A DNA stretch of 64,000 nt. Source: an uncultured Bacteroidota bacterium (GTDB lineage: Bacteria; Bacteroidota; Bacteroidia; UBA7662; CAMTUB01). The notes beneath the pieces are model-generated. The model was not told the DNA's origin, ran no database searches, and saw only the letters and a program-made list of their open reading frames with translations. The stretch is taken from NCBI GenBank assembly GCA_947084835.1, contig CAMTUB010000008.1:1524-65523 (forward strand), in the 5' to 3' direction. Position 1 is the first letter of the stretch. Every line of letters begins with the position of its first letter. The position numbers and the translations under genes were made by a program. Below, piece by piece: positions 39,403-47,942 of the stretch.

Positions 39403-40536
39403 TTATGGGGTGTTGTGTCTGAATGTACCTAGTTGTGTATCTTCGAACGATCTTACAAAAATTGGTTCGGTGAAAGGTACTTTTACTATCACTTCTTTCT
39501 TCTCGTTGTATCCTACTGCAAAATCATCTTCTGCTTTTACAGAGTGCACAATTTTTGGAGTATTCCCAAACATTAAGAACGATGCCAACGATTTAGGATC
39601 GTTTTTCGCATTTTTATAGTTTGTTATCGCTTCATCAACTCCTGGTCCAAACATTTGGTTAAGGAACTCTTTCGGAACGTGAACCGGTGGGATATAATAT
39701 ACGTTTGGTTCTGTACCGTATTGCGGATAAAGCGGCAAAGCAACTTTTTTAATGCGTACTAAATAGTCGATAGGGTTATCTTCTCTTTCTTCGCCTGGCT
39801 TGCTCAAGAAACCTTGCATGCGTATTTTACCGATACAGGTTTGAACGCAACGCGGTTGCTCGCCTTTTTCGATAAGTGGGTAACATCCAATACATTTTTC
39901 AGAAACACGCGTGATCATGTTATAAAATGTCTTTTTGTATGGACACGCTTTTACGCACTCTTTATACCCGCGGCAACGCGATTGGTCGATAAGTACAATG
40001 CCGTCTTCAGGGCGTTTGTAAATCGCTTTTCTTGGACAAGCTGCTACGCAACCCGGATATGTACAGTGATTACAAATACGTGCAAGATAAAACATCCAAA
40101 CATCGTGTATTCCGTTAAAAAATGCACCTTTGTCTACTGTTCCTGAGCACTCATCTTCGCCAATATTTGGGAAAGCGTAATCTCTTTCTTCGGGTCTCCA
40201 ACCTTTGGCTAGTTCTCCATTAGGTTTATCTTCAAAAATGGTTTTTCCTTTGTAAACGCCTGTTTTTTTATCCCAAATTTGGTTAGGCATTTCTTTCAGA
40301 AGATTTACGTCCCAACGCATGGGGTATGAGCCGTAAGGTTTGGTTTCGACATTGTTCCAGAACATGGTTTCTTGCCCTTTACCGGCAGTCCACGTGGTTT
40401 TACATGCAACCGTACAGGTTTGACATGCGATACATTTGTTGGTGTCGAATATATATGCGATCTGTTTGTTCGGACGGTTTTCCTCGTAAGGATATTCCAT
40501 CTCACGCTTTAGATGCCAATTTTTAACTTTTGCCAT
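39403..40536 (-). CDS. narH: Fe-S (beta) subunit of a Nar/type II DMSO-reductase-family enzyme
   Basis: 377 aa with four Cys clusters: CIACQTCTVACK, CNHCTYPGCVAACP, CRGYKECVKACP, CIGCYPLIEKGEQPRCVQTC. Confidence 0.85.
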   Translation of the reverse strand: MAKVKNWHLKREMEYPYEENRPNKQIAYIFDTNKCIACQTCTVACKTTWTAGKGQETMFWNNVETKPYGSYPMRWDVNLLKEMPNQIWDKKTGVYKGKTIFEDKPNGELAKGWRPEERDYAFPNIGEDECSGTVDKGAFFNGIHDVWMFYLARICNHCTYPGCVAACPRKAIYKRPEDGIVLIDQSRCRGYKECVKACPYKKTFYNMITRVSEKCIGCYPLIEKGEQPRCVQTCIGKIRMQGFLSKPGEEREDNPIDYLVRIKKVALPLYPQYGTEPNVYYIPPVHVPKEFLNQMFGPGVDEAITNYKNAKNDPKSLASFLMFGNTPKIVHSVKAEDDFAVGYNEKKEVIVKVPFTEPIFVRSFEDTQLGTFRHNTP

Positions 40537-40569
40537 TGTCTTTTCTTTTAATGTGCTTTCTACTCTTAA

Positions 40570-43500
40570 CTATGCCTTTTTTACGAATCCGCCTTTGATG
40601 TAGTTTAAGAAATCTTCTGATTCGTACGTTGGGCGGATTTTCTTTTTAGCCGCTTCCCACAATCCTTTTCCATCTAAACCGCCTTTTTCGGCAAATTCAA
40701 TTTTAACGAATGACTCGCGTGGTGCACCGGTTGCGCCATGAACATCAATCTCAAACCCTTTATCGATACCTTGTCCGAAATTATTTTTACGGATTAATGA
40801 ATCTGTTAATAAGGTTGGTTTTAGCCAAGCACGTGTACAACTTTGATGCGAACCTCTGCGAAACATAGCCTGATAGTTTGTAAACTTGTTTTTAGCTAAA
40901 CCATTTGCATTTTCTTCGGTTGCTTTTACCGAACCATAAGTTGCTCCGTACGCATTGTGCCACATACGCGTTATGCCTCTTGGTGTTCCAGGGTAGTATC
41001 GAGCGCGGCATAATAAACGGGCAAGTTTGTATTCTTCGCTGTTTTTGTCTTTCTGCCAACCTCTGTACGGGCGATCTTCTGGATCTGCATCAATCCAAAC
41101 ATAATCTCCATCTTCAACGCCTAATTCTTTGGCATCTTTCGGGTTGATATCTACATATAATTCTGAGATATACGGATTACGTTTATCGTGGCGGTGCATG
41201 TCGCCAAAAGGACCAAACCAAACTGCAACGATATCTGTGTCAATTGGCGTGGTGTGCGCTCCATGACGATATTTAGGCGTATGGAATATGAATTTAAAAT
41301 CTTTGTTTGCTGCTGTTAATGGGTGTTGGGTTTTCTTTAAATCTGCCCAAGATTTTACCACGTGGCGACTTTGGCGCACATCACCAGAAAGATTATCGAT
41401 AGAAACCCCGTAGTCTTGTGGCGATTTAGGTTTAATTGCTGCGTGCGGTTTCCCTACAATGACATTCGGTTCATAGAACGTTGAATCAATAGGCTCGCGG
41501 TGAACTACCATATTTTCTCCTGAATCTCTGAACTCAATTTCATCGCGGTAAAACTCAAGTCTGCCCGATTTGGTATACCATTGTTTGTCTTCTTTATCTT
41601 GTTCGTACCCTACAAATTTTGGCGTGGTACGGGTCATCAATAAAGCTGGAATTCCTTTTTTAGCTTTCTCTTCTAAATCAGCGAATTTATACCCTTTTGT
41701 TGCTTGGCTATTGTCGATAATACGCTGTAAGTAAACGTCAACACGGTTTTCTCCTACAAATTTGAAGTAATCTTTAAAACGGTTATCGCCTGTTAAATCG
41801 CCAAAAGCATCGCACAATCCAGCAAGAATTTCAATATCCGCTTTGGTATCAAATATCCGCTTTAAAGGAGTGCGAGGATAGATGTATAAGAAAGGATTGG
41901 TAACTGAAATTGTAGCATCAGGATGCTTAAACTCACCCCAAGAATCTACCGGAAATACGATATCAGAATATTCGCAAGTACCTGTCCACCACCACTCTAA
42001 ACACGTAATAAACTCAACTTTTGGATAAGCGTTTACTACTGCCTCATAGTGCCCCTTGTTATTTGCAAGCAACGAATTTCCATTACTAACTAAAACCGAC
42101 TTAGTAGGCGTAGGCATGTGCGTGCTGCCCGTCATGTTGGTTTTGCCCATTCTTAACGGCCTGTCGCTGTTGTTAAAGAAGTGAGCTGATTCGTAACTGA
42201 AATACTTTTTAAGGGTTGCCGGCTTATTTTCTTCTAACTGAATATTAAACGGATCTTCAATAATGTAGGTTGGCAATCCCGACATGTATGCTCCGCGGTA
42301 ATTCCCTGCGTAGCTTCCAACGTTTCCGCCTACGCGTCCAATGTTTTGCGTAAGTGCTGCTAAGAAAAATACTGCACGGTCTTTCAAGTCGTTGTTAAAA
42401 AATTGATTAGGCCCCATTCCCATTGCAAAAAGTGTTTTGCCTGCATTTTTAGCAATTTCTTTGGCAATTTCTTCAATTCCTTTAACTGGCGCCCACGTTA
42501 ATTCTTCAACCGTTTTAGGATCGTAATTTTCCATCACGTATTCCGACATCATGTCGAAAACAGTACGTACTTCTACGGTATTTCCATCGGCTAATTTTAT
42601 GCTGAATTTACCTTCTAATGCAGGCATAAACCCTTTTTTAACCATGTTATTACCATAGTCATCGCGATTTACAGGAACTGCAGTTTTTTTAACGGTATCA
42701 TAAATCATGAAATCGCCCCATTTATCTCTCATTTTTTGAGTGATGAAAGGCATGTTTTGTTTTAATCCGCCCGGTGCTTTTTCGCCATCTTTTACAACTT
42801 TGATGTAACCCGAAATTTCGCCTAATTTATAGGATGCATCTACCTCGTTTGGACGTAAGAATTCGTTGGTATCCATTCTAACCAACAAAGGCATATCCGT
42901 ATATTTCTTTAGGTAATCCGCATTGTATTTTTTATCGCGGATAATAACGTGTGAAAATCCTAATGCTAATGCTGGAGTAACTCCAGGACGAACGATAAGT
43001 ACATTATCTCCTTTGTTTGCTGTTGCAGAATATTCGCACGCGATTACGGTAACTTTTGCTCCTTTAATTCTTGCTTCTGTTAGCCAGTGCGACTCGGGCA
43101 TTTTGGTAGTAATCCAGTTCATACCCCACACAATTATGTGGTTTGAATGCTCTACGCAAGATAAATCCCAATCTACAGTTTGTGTACCTGTTACCATTGG
43201 ATGCCCAGGAGGTAAGTCGGTGTGCCATGCATAACTATCCCAACAGCGAGCAGCTTTTGCTTTATCGGCACCTACATTATTTATTTTAGCATCTAACAAT
43301 GCTAAAGAATTTGCTAATCTGTTTACTCCAAAAATTCGGGTAATACCTAACGGTGCCATTCCACCACGGAATTTTAACGTTTGAACGCCTTTTTCGTGCA
43401 TGGCTTCAACCATATCGTGGTCGTAGCCTTGTTTCAATAGCTTTTCAGAGCCTTCTTTTCCGTTATATGCGCGAGCGATATTATCTAACGCTTTTGCTGA

Positions 43501-44052
43501 AAACTCAAATGCTTCTTCCCAAGTTAGGCGTAAGAATGGCTCCTTACCGCGTTGCATATACATTGCCGGAACTCTTCCGTCTAATTCGCGAGGCATTCCA
43601 TCTTTCAACCACTTTAAGAAACCTTCGCGGATAACTGGATGTTTAACTCTACGGTCTCCGTAAAATCTACGTGCCAATGCAAGGCCTTTTTGGCAGCATC
43701 TTGGTTCCCAACGTGCCGTGGCTTTGTTGCCGTATAAATCCTCAGCTTGTCCATAACCATAACTAGGTGCAATACGCACCACTGTATCGTTTTTGACATG
43801 TGCTTTTAACAAACAGTTATGGGTATCGTTAGGAGCGCATAAAAATGTAAACTCACTGTCATAATTCCATAAATCTCTGTAGGTTTTTTCCCACTCACGA
43901 TCGGGGTATGCTGCTAATGGATTCGTAATATCCAATGGTTCAAAGAAGCTGAACGCTTCAGCGAATCCCCCCAATTGCATTTTGGATAGTATCACCCCCC
44001 CTGTCAATGACAGTGAAGCCGATTTTAAAAAGTCTCTTCTATTCGTTCCCAT
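40570..44052 (-). CDS. narG: Tat-exported molybdopterin catalytic (alpha) subunit, NarG/NxrA-like type II DMSO-reductase family
   Basis: 1160 aa. Twin-arginine signal [12 protein letters not shown]0-type motif C-APN-D-THN-C...EPRCC. HTDLPPG aligns with the YCDLPPA segment that carries the Mo-ligand Asp of E. coli NarG. Confidence 0.8.
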   Translation of the reverse strand: MGTNRRDFLKSASLSLTGGVILSKMQLGGFAEAFSFFEPLDITNPLAAYPDREWEKTYRDLWNYDSEFTFLCAPNDTHNCLLKAHVKNDTVVRIAPSYGYGQAEDLYGNKATARWEPRCCQKGLALARRFYGDRRVKHPVIREGFLKWLKDGMPRELDGRVPAMYMQRGKEPFLRLTWEEAFEFSAKALDNIARAYNGKEGSEKLLKQGYDHDMVEAMHEKGVQTLKFRGGMAPLGITRIFGVNRLANSLALLDAKINNVGADKAKAARCWDSYAWHTDLPPGHPMVTGTQTVDWDLSCVEHSNHIIVWGMNWITTKMPESHWLTEARIKGAKVTVIACEYSATANKGDNVLIVRPGVTPALALGFSHVIIRDKKYNADYLKKYTDMPLLVRMDTNEFLRPNEVDASYKLGEISGYIKVVKDGEKAPGGLKQNMPFITQKMRDKWGDFMIYDTVKKTAVPVNRDDYGNNMVKKGFMPALEGKFSIKLADGNTVEVRTVFDMMSEYVMENYDPKTVEELTWAPVKGIEEIAKEIAKNAGKTLFAMGMGPNQFFNNDLKDRAVFFLAALTQNIGRVGGNVGSYAGNYRGAYMSGLPTYIIEDPFNIQLEENKPATLKKYFSYESAHFFNNSDRPLRMGKTNMTGSTHMPTPTKSVLVSNGNSLLANNKGHYEAVVNAYPKVEFITCLEWWWTGTCEYSDIVFPVDSWGEFKHPDATISVTNPFLYIYPRTPLKRIFDTKADIEILAGLCDAFGDLTGDNRFKDYFKFVGENRVDVYLQRIIDNSQATKGYKFADLEEKAKKGIPALLMTRTTPKFVGYEQDKEDKQWYTKSGRLEFYRDEIEFRDSGENMVVHREPIDSTFYEPNVIVGKPHAAIKPKSPQDYGVSIDNLSGDVRQSRHVVKSWADLKKTQHPLTAANKDFKFIFHTPKYRHGAHTTPIDTDIVAVWFGPFGDMHRHDKRNPYISELYVDINPKDAKELGVEDGDYVWIDADPEDRPYRGWQKDKNSEEYKLARLLCRARYYPGTPRGITRMWHNAYGATYGSVKATEENANGLAKNKFTNYQAMFRRGSHQSCTRAWLKPTLLTDSLIRKNNFGQGIDKGFEIDVHGATGAPRESFVKIEFAEKGGLDGKGLWEAAKKKIRPTYESEDFLNYIKGGFVKKA

Positions 44053-44121
44053 GGCTGGAGTATTTAGCCGTTTATGATTTCAATAATTTCTCAAAAATCG
44101 ATACGAATAGCAACTTGCTTT

Positions 44122-44135
44122 ATGATGGGTGTCAT
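44122..44135 (-). promoter_or_regulatory. Candidate Crp/Fnr-type box ATGATGGGTGTCAT
   Basis: TGA-N6-TCA near-palindrome centred about 76 nt upstream of the narG-like ATG. A second half-site-like element, GTTATTTGTCAA, lies at 44146-44157. Confidence 0.35.
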
Positions 44136-44188
44136 ACGTAAAGCAGTTATTTGTCAAATACTGAAATATTTATTTAGAATGCTTTTAA

Positions 44189-45547
44189 TTAAGCGGCTGG
44201 CAGCTTCTTATTTGCTTTGCTATCAAATAGAAAGGCATAAATAACCAATAAAATACCAACAAATATACCTAGACCGGATAGGCCAACAATAGAGTAATAA
44301 GACCGAATTGTATTCATCCAAACAGCATGATTTTGCTCAAATGGATAATTGGGTTGAGCTCCTTTTATCCAGCCAGAAACTATGATGGAAACCCAAAAAA
44401 CTGCTAAAGAACTGTTAAAAAGCCAAAAACCTACGCGAATGGATTTCCTATTGACATCGACTCTATCTCTAAAAATATAAGCAAGTGATGCAAACAAAAT
44501 GCTTGTGTTAATTCCAATTGTAGTGCCCATGGAATGGGCAACCGTTATGTGTGTGCCGTGGGTAAATAAATTAATGTATGGAATTGACATAAGTACCGCC
44601 AAAACAAGATTCAGAAAAATCCAAATATCTGCAGAGGTCATAAAACGCACCGAAAAATCATAGTTTAGCAATTCTGATTTCGATAAGGTTTTTCGCCATT
44701 GTAAAATCATGTTTCCAATCAGAATCCATTCCGTCATGCTAATAGCATAAGATATCATCTTAACATAATGTGAGGCAGGAACAATATAAGTATGATGTCC
44801 CCAATTAAACATGAGGTTGGTTAATCCCAAAAAATAGAAAAGGAAACTGGTTTTAGAAAAACCGATGGTTGAATCTTTTTTAATTTTCGACATCAAAAAT
44901 ATACCTGTACCATACACCAACATATTCCACGAGCCAACCATTGCACCCAATGCTTTCCATTGTATGGCAACATCGCGCACCGGGTTGTTGCCAACCTCTG
45001 GTATCATCCATAAATAAGATTCTATGTACGTATATGCAAAGGCTATAAAACCTGTTCCCCACATCCATACATAAACGGGATATTTTGAAAAGCTAAAGCC
45101 TGTTGTTTTAAAGAAATTAAAAAGTGTAAAAAGCCACCCTCCTAAAACCAAAACACCTAGAACTGGTGGGTATTCTAAATATTCTCTACCTCCAAACCAG
45201 CCTAAAAACTGGCAGAACATTATCAGCAAAAATGCGCTACCATATAATAAAGTATGCGCTAAAATTGCTTTAACTGAAAACCACTCTCGCTTTACAATAC
45301 CGGGCAGATAAATAAACACTCCACCAATTGCTGCCATAAAAATCCATCCAATAACAAAACTCACATGCAATGGGCGTAAAGATTGAAAAGGAATCCATTT
45401 TAGCACTTCAGCATAACTTTTACTGTATGCTAAACTCCCAATTAATCCAAAAATCATCCCGAAAACAAGAGCTCCTAAACCGCAATGAATCCAAAATTTG
45501 CCTATTTTATCGGTTGAAGATTCAACTATTTTTGTTTGCGATTCCAT
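44189..45547 (-). CDS. Haem-copper-oxidase superfamily subunit I homologue (NorB/CcoN-like) with a non-canonical active site
   Basis: 452 aa, 12 TM helices. H61 (LRPLHVSF), HH251-252 (NWGHHTY) and H338 (TVAHSMG) are collinear with H60, H258/259 and H347 of cNOR. No His anywhere in residues 99-250. Confidence 0.7.
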   Translation of the reverse strand: MESQTKIVESSTDKIGKFWIHCGLGALVFGMIFGLIGSLAYSKSYAEVLKWIPFQSLRPLHVSFVIGWIFMAAIGGVFIYLPGIVKREWFSVKAILAHTLLYGSAFLLIMFCQFLGWFGGREYLEYPPVLGVLVLGGWLFTLFNFFKTTGFSFSKYPVYVWMWGTGFIAFAYTYIESYLWMIPEVGNNPVRDVAIQWKALGAMVGSWNMLVYGTGIFLMSKIKKDSTIGFSKTSFLFYFLGLTNLMFNWGHHTYIVPASHYVKMISYAISMTEWILIGNMILQWRKTLSKSELLNYDFSVRFMTSADIWIFLNLVLAVLMSIPYINLFTHGTHITVAHSMGTTIGINTSILFASLAYIFRDRVDVNRKSIRVGFWLFNSSLAVFWVSIIVSGWIKGAQPNYPFEQNHAVWMNTIRSYYSIVGLSGLGIFVGILLVIYAFLFDSKANKKLPAA

Positions 45548-45559
45548 ATTAATTGCTGT

Positions 45560-45970
45560 CTATTCACTTTCAGTTATAGTATTTCCCAAAACAAATTTTG
45601 GTCTTTTATTGTATGTAGAGGCAGAAGAGTCAATATTTGTTAAATAGGCTATCAAATCAGAAACTTCAGGCTCACTAAAGTTGAATTTGGGCATAATAAG
45701 CCCTCCATTTTGAATAAAAGCACGAGTATAAGGGACTCCTTTTTGAGAAATCACTTTGGTTAGTTCAGGGCCGAGATATCCGCCCAGCCCATAAATTTGA
45801 TGGCAAGAAAAACAGTTGTTCTTCTGCCAAATTTTTCTGCCGTTACTAACAGAACTTTCGCTTAAGGCAGCACTGTGTTTAATATTGCGTGTTGCATTGG
45901 TGTAAATCCACCATGAATAGGGCAAAAAAGCCACTATTAAAACAGATAAAACTTTTTTTGGCCAATGCAT
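45560..45970 (-). CDS. Membrane-anchored mono-haem cytochrome c (NorC/CcoO-like partner)
   Basis: 136 aa; N-terminal TM helix; CFSCH haem motif followed by GGYLGPELT. Lies immediately upstream of the HCO-like gene. Confidence 0.7.
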   Translation of the reverse strand: MHWPKKVLSVLIVAFLPYSWWIYTNATRNIKHSAALSESSVSNGRKIWQKNNCFSCHQIYGLGGYLGPELTKVISQKGVPYTRAFIQNGGLIMPKFNFSEPEVSDLIAYLTNIDSSASTYNKRPKFVLGNTITESE

Positions 45971-45981
45971 TTTTGTTATCT

Positions 45982-46012
45982 AAAAAACAAGCCCTCATTT
46001 TTTAATGAAGGC
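45982..46012 (-). terminator. Rho-independent terminator after the soluble cytochrome c gene
   Basis: Minus strand: GCCTTCATT-AAAA-AATGAGGGC followed by TTGTTTTTT. It ends about 12 nt before the ATG at 45970. Confidence 0.6.
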
Positions 46013-46035
46013 TATAAAAAAAGGTTTGGGAAAAG

Positions 46036-46392
46036 TTATTTTTTTGCTCCGCTCTGAGATTTCACATAAGCCATTACAGCTTTGATATCAGCATCGGACA
46101 TTGACTCGAATGGAGGCATTGGTATTTGATTAAATTGATTAAAAATGGCAACCGCTTTTGGATCTTTTGCTTTTACCATAGCTTGAGAATTTTTAATCCA
46201 TTTAATTATCCATGCTTCAGGATATTTAGCGCCAACTCCTTTTAAATCTGGGCCAACAGTATTGCCTTTCCCAATTGTATGGCAACTTTGGCAATTATCC
46301 TCGTATAATTTTTTGCCTTGCTGAGCATATGTATTTGATGCAAATAATAACACTAAAGCAACAACTACAAGTCTAAAAAATGTTTTGTTCAT
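46036..46392 (-). CDS. Class I c-type cytochrome, periplasmic
   Basis: Signal peptide from the ATG at 46392 (MNKTFFRLVVVALVLLFASNTYAQ); CQSCH motif. The ORF-track start at 46437 adds 15 unlikely residues. Confidence 0.8.
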   Translation of the reverse strand: MNKTFFRLVVVALVLLFASNTYAQQGKKLYEDNCQSCHTIGKGNTVGPDLKGVGAKYPEAWIIKWIKNSQAMVKAKDPKAVAIFNQFNQIPMPPFESMSDADIKAVMAYVKSQSGAKK

Positions 46393-46439
46393 AATGGTAA
46401 TTTCTGCTTCAAAAGTATATCTGTGAAACAAAACCAATT

Positions 46440-46453
46440 ATGACCCAAGTCAG
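46440..46453 (-). promoter_or_regulatory. Candidate Crp/Fnr-type box; reads CTGACTTGGGTCAT on the minus strand
   Basis: TGAC-N4-GTCA palindrome centred about 54 nt upstream of the ATG at 46392. Confidence 0.4.
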
Positions 46454-46480
46454 CCTAACGGCTATTTAATGTCAATATGT

Positions 46481-46924
46481 TTAAAAATAGAGTTTTTTAA
46501 TTTTTTTGATAGGCCCAACACAATACTCTTGATGGCACGATATGCATGAAGTTACTACAGCATTAAAACTAGCCGTATCTGCTTTTGTTTGGGTGGCTAA
46601 TCTGTTTTTTACAGCTTCCCAACGACTGGCACGTTCAAAAAAATCGGGCACTAAAACAGCAGAATCTGTTGGAGTAAGCACCCAAAAAGCTTCGCTAGGC
46701 AAGCTATCCGCAATAAAACTGCCACGTTCCATGGTATGTTTGGTAGCCATCATTTGGTCAAACATCTGGCGCATCGAAATTGCCATGGGTGCTCTTTTAA
46801 GCCCAACCACTACTTCTGGCTTTACACATTCTTTCTCAGAAACTACTTTTTTATTATCGCAAGAAGCCATAAAAAACGCCCCACTAAAAAGTAGGGCGAT
46901 ATAAAAACGTTTAATAAACTTCAT
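46481..46924 (-). CDS. Lipoprotein with a single C-terminal CxxCH, possibly a class II (cytochrome c-prime/c556-like) cytochrome
   Basis: 147 aa; lipobox (FFMASC). The only haem motif, CISCH, lies 17 residues from the C-terminus, the class II arrangement. Confidence 0.4.
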   Translation of the reverse strand: MKFIKRFYIALLFSGAFFMASCDNKKVVSEKECVKPEVVVGLKRAPMAISMRQMFDQMMATKHTMERGSFIADSLPSEAFWVLTPTDSAVLVPDFFERASRWEAVKNRLATQTKADTASFNAVVTSCISCHQEYCVGPIKKIKKLYF

Positions 46925-47407
46925 TTACTGTATTAAAACGCCCTTTGCTTCAAAAGTAAGTGCTGTTTCTGGAGCTACAATAGAATCAATTTGAGCTTGA
47001 GTTTTTCCTGCATCTTTTGCGTAATGCTTTAAATCTTCAAGTGAGGTAGTTTCCATTCTTGCAATACCATGTAAAATTGCTCTTTTCCCAGAAGCATCTT
47101 TGGGTACAAAAAAACCATAGTCTTTAAACGAAACACGAACGGTTTCTCCGTTATTTAATTCCATTTTCATCCAGCAGCCTTTTTTCTGGCAACATTCTTT
47201 AATGGTTCCTTCAACTGTTAAATTATCCAAAGAATCAGCGCCACCCATCATTGATACTAAATCAGCAATAGGTTTTGCGTTTGCAGTGTCAATTTTCTCT
47301 CCAAAATACTCTCCTACTTGTGTGGTAGATTCTGCATTTTTATCTGCTGAGTTACATGCTGAAATTGAAAGCGTTATGCCAAGGGCAATTATTAGGTTTT
47401 TATTCAT
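46925..47407 (-). CDS. DUF4920-like lipoprotein
   Basis: 160 aa; lipobox (SISAC); CCQKKGCWM motif. Its stop abuts the next start (46925/46924). Confidence 0.6.
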   Translation of the reverse strand: MNKNLIIALGITLSISACNSADKNAESTTQVGEYFGEKIDTANAKPIADLVSMMGGADSLDNLTVEGTIKECCQKKGCWMKMELNNGETVRVSFKDYGFFVPKDASGKRAILHGIARMETTSLEDLKHYAKDAGKTQAQIDSIVAPETALTFEAKGVLIQ

Positions 47408-47480
47408 TTTAAAAATTTATGTAAAAATATACAGTTGTCACTAATTTATATAGCTTTAAGATTAGAATCATGTAAAATGG

Positions 47481-47942
47481 TTACATTTCTAACGACTCTA
47501 AAATCTGCTCAGTGTGGTTTTTTGTTGATACTTTAGTTATGTGCGAAATAATTATTCCCTTTTCGTCTATAACAAATGTTTCTCTCTTGATGCCTTGATA
47601 CGCTACTCCAAACATGGATTTCTCTCCCCAAACGCGGTAATCGTTTACTGCTTTTTTGTCTTCATCAGCAAGTAAATCGAAAGGCAAATCGTATTTGGTT
47701 GCAAATTTTTCGTGCGATTTTACCCCATCCGTACTAACACCGATAATGGAGAACCCTTTTTCTTGCAACAAGGCATAATTATCGCGAAGATTACATGATT
47801 GTGTAGTACACCCTGGCGTATTATCTTTCGGATAAAAATATAACACCAATTTTTTGCCTTCAAAATCACCCAAGCTAATTTCTTTTCCGTGCTGATTTAA
47901 ACCCGAAAAATCCGGAGCTTGTTTTCCTATCATGTTGCTCAT
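47481..47942 (-). CDS. bcp: Thioredoxin-dependent thiol peroxidase (peroxiredoxin Bcp)
   Basis: 153 aa; YFYPKDNTPGCTTQ peroxidatic Cys motif. Confidence 0.9.
   Translation of the reverse strand: MSNMIGKQAPDFSGLNQHGKEISLGDFEGKKLVLYFYPKDNTPGCTTQSCNLRDNYALLQEKGFSIIGVSTDGVKSHEKFATKYDLPFDLLADEDKKAVNDYRVWGEKSMFGVAYQGIKRETFVIDEKGIIISHITKVSTKNHTEQILESLEM

Noticed and set aside
44148-44160. Perfect palindrome TATTTG-T-CAAATA, and the 11-mer GTTATTTGTCA shared with 28251-28261
   Set aside because: Only two occurrences, in AT-rich DNA, so chance cannot be excluded. It is mentioned under the FNR-box finding as a possible half-site only.
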